This document shows, one piece after another, positions 47,454 through 55,589 of a stretch of DNA of 64,000 bases (its first letter is position 1; every line of letters starts with the position of its first letter). Below the pieces are notes generated by a model. The model saw only the letters and a list, made by a program, of their open reading frames with translations. It was not told where the DNA came from and did no database searches. The stretch comes from an uncultured virus (IMG/VR IMGVR_UViG_3300044630_001076). Its lineage: Duplodnaviria > Heunggongvirae > Uroviricota > Caudoviricetes > Crassvirales. Location of the stretch: IMG/VR virus record IMGVR_UViG_3300044630_001076, one strand, 5' to 3'. The translations under genes and the position numbers were made by a program.

Positions 47454-47715
47454 ATATTACGCATCAAATCCGGAGGCTCGCAAAAAACGCTTAGAATATC
47501 AAGCTGAGTATAACAAGCGACCTGAGCAGTTAAAGAGACGTGCTGAATTGAATAAAATCAACAGAGATCGTGGACAATATGCTGACAAGGATGGCAAAGA
47601 TATGAGCCACAAAAAGAACGGCAGAGTTGTTGAAGAATCTGCTAGTAAAAATAGAGGCTCAAAAAGTAATTCAGCTGGTGACGTGCGTGCTCGAGGAACT
47701 AAAAAGAAAAAATAA
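47437..47715 (+). CDS. Basic protein, degenerate HNH-like
   Basis: DGKDMSH...SKNRG. Confidence 0.55.
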   Translation: MKATAKYYASNPEARKKRLEYQAEYNKRPEQLKRRAELNKINRDRGQYADKDGKDMSHKKNGRVVEESASKNRGSKSNSAGDVRARGTKKKK

Positions 47716-48176
47716 TGGCTAAACAAAAACCATTTGTTAGAAACTCAAGTATCCCGTTGGCTGAAACTCAGTTTGAGCCAGATGCTACTCGTGTTAAAGA
47801 AACATATACAGCTTTTATGCCTGCTGATCCAACAAAAATTGTTGTTAAGCGTTGGGCTGATGGAGAGTATAGACAAAATCCTGATGGATCAACTAGCACA
47901 CACAAGATGGCTAGTTTTGAGGCAGATGGTAAGCATTACGCAGCTCCAACAGTTTATCCAAAAGATAGAAAAGGTACTAAGTCTCGTAATCCAAAAGATT
48001 GGTATGAAGCCCCTAAAAAGGGATGGGCATTTGCTGATACTGCAGAGGCACGTGGAGAAATGTATGGACCATTTAAAAATGCTAAAATTGCAAAAGATTT
48101 TGCGGCTAATGGATATAAAAATCAAGCAACACAAAAAGCAGCATTAGCAAAACTAAATGCTAAAAAGAAAAAGTAA
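47715..48176 (+). CDS. Protein with N-terminal RNSSIPLAETQF
   Basis: 153 aa; NPDGSTSTHKMAS...APTVYP. Confidence 0.65.
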   Translation: MAKQKPFVRNSSIPLAETQFEPDATRVKETYTAFMPADPTKIVVKRWADGEYRQNPDGSTSTHKMASFEADGKHYAAPTVYPKDRKGTKSRNPKDWYEAPKKGWAFADTAEARGEMYGPFKNAKIAKDFAANGYKNQATQKAALAKLNAKKKK

Positions 48177-48481
48177 TGGCTGATATTAAGAATATGTTGG
48201 ACCGATATGGTTTGGCTGGTGTTAACAAGCCTAAACGCCAAACTTCAGGTGGAAAGTCACACGTAGTTCTTGCTAAAGAAGGAGACCAAGTTAAGTTGAT
48301 ACGATTTGGCCAAGCAGGTGTAAAGACTAATCAAACTGTTGGTCAGCGTGAGGCATTTAAGTCTCGTCACGCAAAGAACATTTCAAAAGGCAAGATGTCA
48401 GCTGCGTGGTGGGCCGATAAAGTTAAGTGGTCACCAAGTAAGACAGAATCTCCATCTAAAAAGTGGGTTAAAGGATCATAA
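48176..48481 (+). CDS. Conserved basic phage protein (DUF6321-like)
   Basis: KSHVVLAKEG..VKLIRFGQ...FKSRH...SAAWWA. Confidence 0.7.
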   Translation: MADIKNMLDRYGLAGVNKPKRQTSGGKSHVVLAKEGDQVKLIRFGQAGVKTNQTVGQREAFKSRHAKNISKGKMSAAWWADKVKWSPSKTESPSKKWVKGS

Positions 48482-48482
48482 T

Positions 48483-48620
48483 ATGAAAAAGCTAAACAAA
48501 TTAGGAGTGGAGAACTCTTTGTGGAATAACATTAGAGCGAGCAAAGGGTCAGGCAAAAAGCCCACTAAAGAAATGCTTAAGCAGGAGAAGAAGATAAAAA
48601 AGCAAGAGAAAAAAAAGTAA
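48483..48620 (+). CDS. Small Lys-rich protein (SLWNNIRA)
   Basis: Start MKKLNK at 48483. Confidence 0.6.
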   Translation: MKKLNKLGVENSLWNNIRASKGSGKKPTKEMLKQEKKIKKQEKKK

Positions 48621-48645
48621 TATCTTTGTAACATAAATAATAGTC

Positions 48646-48777
48646 ATGAAAAAAGTAACTAAAAAAACAGCGTTTGATATCAAAGAGGCAAGCAACCAAA
48701 AGTTGAAGCCAGGAGCACGTAAGCACTATGCTGAGAATGCACAAGCTGCGATGAAGAACCAAAAGAAAAAGAAATAA
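48646..48777 (+). CDS. Small basic protein (43 aa, ...ARKHYAENA...)
   Basis: Read manually; preceded by TATCTTTG at 48621-48628. Confidence 0.6.
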   Translation: MKKVTKKTAFDIKEASNQKLKPGARKHYAENAQAAMKNQKKKK

Positions 48778-48778
48778 T

Positions 48779-49042
48779 ATGGGAGTTTTAAATTACACAC
48801 AAGCAGGTCGTGCTGCTGCGGTAACCCCTTCTAACACGGTTAATATTCCTAGCGTATCAGGAGGAGATAACACCCAAGGGTGTACTCTTTACTCAGGATC
48901 GGGAGGAATCATTAAGGTGATGACAATTGGTGGTGACATTGTTACGTTTAACGCTGTTCCTGCTGGCACAATTTTGCAGGTAAAAGTTTTGCGTGTTTAC
49001 GCTGAGGTAACAACTGCAACTGGAATTGTAGCTCTTTGGTAA
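48779..49042 (+). CDS. Head spike base protein (RcGTA Rcc01079-like)
   Basis: AAAVTPS...LY.G.GG.IKV...VTF.AVPAGTIL.V.V.RV...TTATGIVALW. Confidence 0.65.
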   Translation: MGVLNYTQAGRAAAVTPSNTVNIPSVSGGDNTQGCTLYSGSGGIIKVMTIGGDIVTFNAVPAGTILQVKVLRVYAEVTTATGIVALW

Positions 49043-49043
49043 A

Positions 49044-49208
49044 ATGACAGAAGAGGACTTGAAGATAGGAATATTAAATAGCATCGTATTGGCGATTTCT
49101 TTCACCAATATAGAAACGTCCCTTCGCCTATTTTTACTTGTTGTATCAATCGGATACACGTGCCTTAAAATTTACAAGTTATTAAAAGATAAACGTAATG
49201 GGCTTTAA
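49044..49208 (+). CDS. Small membrane protein, holin-like (54 aa)
   Basis: Read manually; two hydrophobic segments and a basic tail. Confidence 0.55.
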   Translation: MTEEDLKIGILNSIVLAISFTNIETSLRLFLLVVSIGYTCLKIYKLLKDKRNGL

Positions 49209-49455
49209 AAATATTTTTAAAGATTCAAACGATATTAATGAGCAATCAGTTGCTGCGTTTGTTTCTCTTACACTAGTTATAATTATCACTATTTGTGATG
49301 TTGTAACTGGTTTGTTAGGGATGGAACTTATTGTTAAAGAATTTATTTTTGTTTCGCTTTTGGCTTTTACTGCGGCAGCTTTAGGAATTGCTGGATACAA
49401 AACATTAAACAATAAAGAAGAAAACAATAAACAAGATGGCGAAACGAGAGAGTAA
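49198..49455 (+). CDS. Holin-like two-TM protein
   Basis: Two hydrophobic helices and a charged C-terminus, in the lysis cluster. Confidence 0.55.
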   Translation: MGFKNIFKDSNDINEQSVAAFVSLTLVIIITICDVVTGLLGMELIVKEFIFVSLLAFTAAALGIAGYKTLNNKEENNKQDGETRE

Positions 49456-49753
49456 TTTAACAGAGAAGGTTACAGAAAAAGCAATTGATTCAATCAAAAT
49501 GCCTGTGACATTTAAAGAGTTTAGTAAAGAGCCTGTTAAAGCAATGTTGTTTATTGTTACATTAGCCATTGGTTATTTATACGTTGACATGAAAATGATG
49601 TATGCAAAAAACATCGATGGTCAATCAGCTAAATTAGATAAAGTGGAAATGAAAATTGATGCATTAACAAATCAATTACGCAAGTCCGATTCCCTATTAT
49701 CTGCAAGTTCAACAAAATTAATGGTTTTATCTGAACTAGGTCATATTAAATGA
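49436..49753 (+). CDS. Membrane-anchored coiled-coil protein (lysis cluster)
   Basis: Single TM segment followed by a heptad region. Confidence 0.55.
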   Translation: MAKRESNLTEKVTEKAIDSIKMPVTFKEFSKEPVKAMLFIVTLAIGYLYVDMKMMYAKNIDGQSAKLDKVEMKIDALTNQLRKSDSLLSASSTKLMVLSELGHIK

Positions 49754-50121
49754 TTTATTGGGTTTACGCATTTATTATTGTGGTAATGGGTGGATGTGTT
49801 TCTGCCGTAGCAGAAGATGATGCCGAAACAAGAGATAAAAAAGTATTGGTAAAAGTCGATGACTTTACTGCCATAATAGAACGTGCAAAAAAGAATCAGG
49901 CAATGGCATTCCAAGTTGGAGCAAAAGCCGATGGTGCAATGGTTAATAAGGTTGAAGCAGTCGCACAAAAAATCAACACATTAGAATCAACGATTGAAAA
50001 GTTAGAGGAAAAAAATGAAAAACTGCAAGAACAAATTAAGACTACTCCTAGTTTGGATATTCCTTTTTCCCTTGACCCAATCATTGACAGCACAGAACTA
50101 CCCGAAGAAAAAGATAATTAA
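49750..50121 (+). CDS. Coiled-coil membrane/lipoprotein, spanin-like
   Basis: Hydrophobic N-terminus ending GGC; coiled coil. Confidence 0.5.
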   Translation: MIYWVYAFIIVVMGGCVSAVAEDDAETRDKKVLVKVDDFTAIIERAKKNQAMAFQVGAKADGAMVNKVEAVAQKINTLESTIEKLEEKNEKLQEQIKTTPSLDIPFSLDPIIDSTELPEEKDN

Positions 50122-50443
50122 CGGTGATACGGTAGTCGTAATGACTGAAAACCAAGCAAATAGCATTAATACATTGTTTCGAAATTTAAAAAAAGATAAC
50201 AAGAAACAATTAGCTACAACGGATTCATTAAAGTCAATTGTTAAGGTATTTGATCAGGATAGAGTAAATTATGTGCAATCGTTAGATAAATCACAGAAGT
50301 TATATATGTTAAGTGAAGAAGAAAACAAAATTTTACTTCAAACACAACAATCATTAAAAATAGGTAGATTTGCACAAGATATTAGTGTTATCACGCTTAT
50401 GTTTACAGTTGTAATATTATTAAAAACATCATTCGATAGATAA
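50015..50443 (+). CDS. Exported protein with C-terminal TM, spanin-like
   Basis: Signal peptide; overlaps the previous gene by 107 nt. Confidence 0.5.
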   Translation: MKNCKNKLRLLLVWIFLFPLTQSLTAQNYPKKKIINGDTVVVMTENQANSINTLFRNLKKDNKKQLATTDSLKSIVKVFDQDRVNYVQSLDKSQKLYMLSEEENKILLQTQQSLKIGRFAQDISVITLMFTVVILLKTSFDR

Positions 50444-50445
50444 AA

Positions 50446-50952
50446 ATGAAAGATCAAAAAACAATTGAAAGAATTGCATTATTGCATCCAAAAGTAAAAG
50501 ATGAAGCAATTCAAATTTATGATGAAATTGTAGCAGCGTTGACAGGGTCAGCAATGTGTCGATTTGCATTTACATTAAGAACGATTGCAGAACAAGATGC
50601 ATTATATGCACAAGGTCGTACAAAACCTGGAGCAAAAGTTACAAACGCAAAGGGTGGTCAATCATACCATAACTATGGTCTTGCAATTGACATTGTTTTA
50701 TTAATTGATAAAGACAAAAACGGAACATTTGAAACAGCAAGCTGGGATTTAAAAACAGATTTTGATGGCGATGGCAAAAGCGATTGGCAAGAAATCGTGG
50801 CAATCTTTAAACGTCATGGATGGGATTGGGGAGGAGATTGGAAATTTTTTGATGCACCACATTTCCAAAAAACATATGGAAAATCTATTTCTGAATTATT
50901 AGCATTGCACAAAGCTAAAAAAGTAGATGCAAAAGGGTATGTTTTAATTTAA
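50446..50952 (+). CDS. Endolysin, M15 L-Ala-D-Glu peptidase
   Basis: RT.AEQDALYAQGRT, SYHNYGLAID and WGGDW...DAPHFQ motifs. Confidence 0.92.
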   Translation: MKDQKTIERIALLHPKVKDEAIQIYDEIVAALTGSAMCRFAFTLRTIAEQDALYAQGRTKPGAKVTNAKGGQSYHNYGLAIDIVLLIDKDKNGTFETASWDLKTDFDGDGKSDWQEIVAIFKRHGWDWGGDWKFFDAPHFQKTYGKSISELLALHKAKKVDAKGYVLI

Positions 50953-50966
50953 TATGCCCCATACAA

Positions 50967-51428
50967 ATGAAAAATCTTATTTATTTATTCGGCATTTTGT
51001 CGATGTATCTTACAATCTCTTGTAAGCCGGCACAAACTGTAACGGTTTATAGAGATGTAATAAAAACAGACACGCTTCGTGACATTAGAACTATTACAAA
51101 GTTTCAAGCTGTACATGATACATTAACAATTGACAACCCCTGCGATTCTTCAGGCATTTTAACGAACTTTTATACTAAGATTAAGGTACCACAAGGGAAG
51201 ATAATAATTCGTTCAGTACAGGGCAAGATTCAGGCCACAGTAGACATTGATTCTATTGAGTCTGTGTACCGAGATAAATATAAATCTCAAGCTACAACTA
51301 GCACGTACAAAAGCGAGAAAGTTATACGTACAAATGAAATTCCTAAGTGGGCTATTTGGTTTATGGCTATTAGTAGTGTTTTGTCGTTTTTATATATTAG
51401 AGATAAAGTTAGTATTTTTGTAAAATAA
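50967..51428 (+). CDS. Lipoprotein with C-terminal TM (unimolecular spanin-like)
   Basis: LTISC lipobox and C-terminal hydrophobic helix; follows the endolysin. Confidence 0.55.
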   Translation: MKNLIYLFGILSMYLTISCKPAQTVTVYRDVIKTDTLRDIRTITKFQAVHDTLTIDNPCDSSGILTNFYTKIKVPQGKIIIRSVQGKIQATVDIDSIESVYRDKYKSQATTSTYKSEKVIRTNEIPKWAIWFMAISSVLSFLYIRDKVSIFVK

Positions 51429-51446
51429 CTAGCAAACAAAAAGCCA

Positions 51447-53996
51447 ATGGCAAGAATTAGTACATATCCAAACGACACTAATGTTATAGGTGCAGATAAA
51501 TGGATTGGTTCAGATGCAAATAATAACAATCAAACCAAGAACTTTACAGCCGATGCAGTAGCCGCCTATTTTAACAGAGCAAGTGTTATTGACACAGGTC
51601 AGTTCTCTTGGAATTTTGTTCCATATTCAACTACAACTGTTCAGTCTGATAAAACATTTTCTTTAGTTGGATATACTAACACTAGTATTAATGTTAATCA
51701 GTTAGAAGGTATTTTAAAAGTATCTTTCTTAACTCTTGCTAATACAACTCCAGGAACATTTATTCAAGAGCAATGGTTAAACAAAATCATTCTTGTTCAT
51801 ATTCCTAATTCACCTAGTGCATACGGTTTATATAAGATTACAAACATTACCTTAACTGGTAATTTCTATTATTTAACTACTGATTTACAGCAAGCAAATA
51901 CAGGAAATATTTTAGCTAATAATCCTGTTGCTTTTGGTCTTTTTGAAGGGGTATCAGGAACTAGTGGTATCTCAGGATCATCAGGTACATCGGGAACTAG
52001 TGGTATCAATGGAACCATGGGTACTTCTGGAACAAGTGGTACGACAGGTACTTCTGGATCGTCTGGATTTACAGGAACATCAGGTACATCAGGTACGACA
52101 GGTACGTCAGGCACAACAGGTACAAGTGGTATATCAGGTGATAGATATCGTGGAACATCAACAACTTCGTTTACATTAGGAACAGCAGGTACTATTACAA
52201 CGCAGACTGGTTTGTCGTTTACTACTGCTCAATCTATTATTATTGTTTACAATGCTAGTAATTACCAAGAATCAGAGATTATATCTTATGATCCAGGTAA
52301 TGGACTATTAACATTTGCGGCACCTAATAGAACAGTTGGTTCAGGAACATATAGTTCTTGGACAATAAACTTGGATGGTGCAAGTGGTGGTGATGGATCA
52401 TCAGGTACTTCAGGTACAAGTGGATTAAATGGTACAAGCGGTGTAAACGGAACTAGTGGTATTACAGGAACTTCGGGTACTACAGGTACGTCAGGGTCTT
52501 CGGGTACTACAGGTACATCGGGTACATCAGGTGCAACAGGAACTTCGGGAACAACAGGAACCTCAGGTATTAATGGTACAAGTGGGTCAAGTGGTTTTAA
52601 TGGGTCAAGTGGTACATCAGGTTCTAGTGGACTTACAGGAACATCAGGTATCTCCGGATCTTCAGGAACCTCAGGTGCAAATGGTATAGCAGCTGGTAGA
52701 ACTTATTATTTCAACCAATCTCAAAACTCAGATGTATCACCATATAAGGTGTTATCAACTGATCCATCAGGAGCAGCACAGCAAACTATTACCAAGACAT
52801 TAACTAATACACAGCAAAATGTATTAGTTCAGCAGTTTTTGACTCCTTCATTAGGATTTTCTGTTATTCCAGGTGGTGTACAGCGTTTTCATTGTCATTT
52901 CTTAAAACCAGCATCTAATGATAATATTCAAACATATGTAACTATTGAACTTGCAAATTCAGCAGGAGTAGGATATGGAACGATATTAAGTACAGGTAAT
53001 TCTGAAGTTGGATGGGTAGATGCATCAACTCCTGTTGAAACAACAGTTGATTTAACATTACCAACAACAACCATTCTGACTACAGATAGAATGATTGTTA
53101 AGATTTACCTTAATAATGATGATAGCACAACACATAATGTAACTTGGTATACAGAAGGTACATCTTATTATTCATTTGTAATTACATCTGTTGGTGCAAC
53201 TGCTGGTACATCTGGAGTAAATGGTACATCAGGTACTAGCGGAGTTAGTGGAACAACAGGCACAAGTGGAACGTCTGGATTAACAGGAACATCAGGTGTT
53301 AATGGAACGAGTGGTACAGATGGTACGTCTGGTACAAGTGGTGCTACAGGAATTAGTGGAACTAGTGGTAGTAGTGGGACATCTGGAATAAGTGGAACAA
53401 GTGGTACTTCTGGAGTAAATGGAACATCAGGAGTAAGTGGTACATCTGGAGTAAGCGGAACATCTGGTGTTAATGGGGCGAACGGAACAAGTGGTGTTAG
53501 CGGAACATCAGGAGTTAATGGGGCGAACGGAACATCGGGCGTTAATGGAACTTCAGGCGTCAACGGTGCAAATGGAACATCGGGCGTTAATGGTGCTAAT
53601 GGTACTTCAGGAACATCAGGTTTGAATGGTGCAGGAGCAACCATATTTTATAGTACCTCAGGAACAGGATATACCCCTGGAGCTCAAGGTATTAGAGTTG
53701 TACCTGTTGGTATTTTAAGCATCAATACAACATATATTATTAGTGTTACTATTACCGGATCATCAAGATGGGCATCAGGTGCCTTTTTATGGAGGCCAAT
53801 TGCTAATAGTCAACTTAGTAACTATGGAGTTGCAGCAGTATATTTCCCAACAAACACAAACATTAACGGACTTGCTTTATACGCAGTATCTACAACAGGT
53901 GGTGGTGGCGGAGCTAGTGATGTAGTTGTTAACTCAAATGCATTTGACATGACCGGTGCCAACTGGAGCTCCACAGTTAGAACAATAGGTAATTAA
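51447..53996 (+). CDS. Fibre protein with Gly-Thr-Ser (Gly-X-Y, collagen-like) repeats
   Basis: MARISTY N-terminus; three GTS/GTT/GVN tracts separated by globular domains; TATTTTTG -7 motif at 51413-51420. Confidence 0.75.
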   Translation: MARISTYPNDTNVIGADKWIGSDANNNNQTKNFTADAVAAYFNRASVIDTGQFSWNFVPYSTTTVQSDKTFSLVGYTNTSINVNQLEGILKVSFLTLANTTPGTFIQEQWLNKIILVHIPNSPSAYGLYKITNITLTGNFYYLTTDLQQANTGNILANNPVAFGLFEGVSGTSGISGSSGTSGTSGINGTMGTSGTSGTTGTSGSSGFTGTSGTSGTTGTSGTTGTSGISGDRYRGTSTTSFTLGTAGTITTQTGLSFTTAQSIIIVYNASNYQESEIISYDPGNGLLTFAAPNRTVGSGTYSSWTINLDGASGGDGSSGTSGTSGLNGTSGVNGTSGITGTSGTTGTSGSSGTTGTSGTSGATGTSGTTGTSGINGTSGSSGFNGSSGTSGSSGLTGTSGISGSSGTSGANGIAAGRTYYFNQSQNSDVSPYKVLSTDPSGAAQQTITKTLTNTQQNVLVQQFLTPSLGFSVIPGGVQRFHCHFLKPASNDNIQTYVTIELANSAGVGYGTILSTGNSEVGWVDASTPVETTVDLTLPTTTILTTDRMIVKIYLNNDDSTTHNVTWYTEGTSYYSFVITSVGATAGTSGVNGTSGTSGVSGTTGTSGTSGLTGTSGVNGTSGTDGTSGTSGATGISGTSGSSGTSGISGTSGTSGVNGTSGVSGTSGVSGTSGVNGANGTSGVSGTSGVNGANGTSGVNGTSGVNGANGTSGVNGANGTSGTSGLNGAGATIFYSTSGTGYTPGAQGIRVVPVGILSINTTYIISVTITGSSRWASGAFLWRPIANSQLSNYGVAAVYFPTNTNINGLALYAVSTTGGGGGASDVVVNSNAFDMTGANWSSTVRTIGN

Positions 53997-54007
53997 AAAA
54001 TAAAAAT

Positions 54008-54343
54008 ATGTATCCGATATATACTTGGACAGTTACAAGAATGCAAGTTTTGCTTGATATTGACTCAATGCTTGATGTTGTATATAATGTAGATTTTATT
54101 GTTACGGCTGAAAAGGAAGGAATAAAACTTTATTCTAAAGACTTTAGCGTATATCTTCCACAACCATTAGTTGGCACAGATTACATTGCATATGATGATT
54201 TAACTAATGACATTGTTATTGGTTGGTGTCAGCAAGTTCTTGGACCTGAATTTACAGAAGGTGTTTATACTAGGTTAAATGATAGAATTGATTTAATTTT
54301 GTCTAGCCAAGACCCAATAGCAAAACCTTTGCCTTGGTCATAA
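54008..54343 (+). CDS. Fibre-associated small protein
   Basis: YTWTV...IAYDDLT.D.VIGW pattern, usual after phage fibre genes. Confidence 0.55.
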   Translation: MYPIYTWTVTRMQVLLDIDSMLDVVYNVDFIVTAEKEGIKLYSKDFSVYLPQPLVGTDYIAYDDLTNDIVIGWCQQVLGPEFTEGVYTRLNDRIDLILSSQDPIAKPLPWS

Positions 54344-54349
54344 AATCCA

Positions 54350-55201
54350 ATGGAAAGACTTTTTTTTCAGAGCTCAATGCCAAGAGCAGGTAGTACTGTT
54401 CTTCAAAATATATTGGCTCAAAATCCTGATATATACGCCACCCCAACAAGTGGCGTATTTGATTTACTTCAATCAGCGAAGTTTACTTATAGCACAGCTA
54501 GAGAGTTCTTAGCACAAGATCCAATTTTAATGAATAAGGCTTTCTTATCTTTCTGCAGAGGAGGGATAGAAAACTTTTATACTCCACTTACAGATAAAAA
54601 GTATGTCATAGATAAATGTCGTGGGTGGGGACTTTCTTATGAGTTTATTAACAAGATACAAGACGATCCTAAAATTATTTGTATTGTAAGGGACTTGCGT
54701 GATATATTCGCATCATTAGAGAAGAAATATAGGCAGTATCCTGAGATGCACAACCCCATGGTTAATTGGCATAATCTAGAAGGAACGACAACACAGAAGC
54801 GTGTTGAGCTGTGGGAGAAAACTGTTCCACTTGGAATATCCTTAGATAGTCTTAGTGAAGTGTTTAGAATGGGTCTAAATAATAATATTCATTTTATAAA
54901 ATATGAGGACTTATGCAATGACCCATCATTAGAGATGACTAAGATATATCAATTCTTTGGTATACCATATTACCAACACGACTTTGATAATATTGAACAG
55001 ATTACACAAGAGGATGATTCTTTGTATGGGCCATTTGGTGACCACAAAATACAACGCAAATTAGAAAAAGTTTCTTCTCGTGCTGAAGATATTTTGGGTA
55101 AAGACGTTTGCAATTATATCTACAATAAGCATAACTGGTATTTTAATAAATTTAATTATACTCATGATAATAGCTTTGATCGGACAGCCTGGGGCAGGTA
55201 A
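54350..55201 (+). CDS. Sulfotransferase family protein
   Basis: 5'-PSB loop SMPRAGST, IDKCR, 3'-PB VRDLRDIFAS and IKYEDL motifs. Confidence 0.85.
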   Translation: MERLFFQSSMPRAGSTVLQNILAQNPDIYATPTSGVFDLLQSAKFTYSTAREFLAQDPILMNKAFLSFCRGGIENFYTPLTDKKYVIDKCRGWGLSYEFINKIQDDPKIICIVRDLRDIFASLEKKYRQYPEMHNPMVNWHNLEGTTTQKRVELWEKTVPLGISLDSLSEVFRMGLNNNIHFIKYEDLCNDPSLEMTKIYQFFGIPYYQHDFDNIEQITQEDDSLYGPFGDHKIQRKLEKVSSRAEDILGKDVCNYIYNKHNWYFNKFNYTHDNSFDRTAWGR

Positions 55202-55589
55202 AACTACGCTTGCTAAAGAATTATTAAAACACAAAGATTATTATCACATCGATGGTGATGATCTTCGTGAGTTATTTAATAATAAAGATTATAGCAGAGA
55301 AGGTAGATTAAAAAATCTAAACAGAGCTAGTGACATAGCCCACTATCTTAGTAGAGAAAAGCCTGTTATACTTTCCTTGATTTATCCTTATCAAGAAGCA
55401 AGAGACTATTTAAATGCATTGCATAGCGATGTCAAATGGTGCTGGCTTAAAACAGATGAGCAAAGAAAAAATCCAGAACTTCAGGTTGATGATTTCGAGA
55501 ACCCTACAAACTCTATAAACTCTATAGAGATTAATACTAGCGAATCAATCCGTTCTTGTTTATTACATCTATTACTTTTTGTGCCTTAA
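55164..55589 (+). CDS. cysC: Adenylyl-sulfate (APS) kinase-like protein
   Basis: GQPGAGKTT, IDGDDLR, DYSREGR..N, SLIYPY and DFENP motifs; start MIIALIG. Confidence 0.75.
   Translation: MIIALIGQPGAGKTTLAKELLKHKDYYHIDGDDLRELFNNKDYSREGRLKNLNRASDIAHYLSREKPVILSLIYPYQEARDYLNALHSDVKWCWLKTDEQRKNPELQVDDFENPTNSINSIEINTSESIRSCLLHLLLFVP

Noticed and set aside
47734..48147. 137-aa +1-frame ORF overlapping 47715..48176
   Set aside because: No ATG start at the called position; Leu/Gln/Met-rich composition typical of a frame shadow; no independent support like that for the 15829 ORF.
51869..53644. Antisense and alternate-frame ORFs over the GTS repeats (e.g. 53168..53644 -)
   Set aside because: Stop-free shadows of the Gly-Thr-Ser codon repeat.
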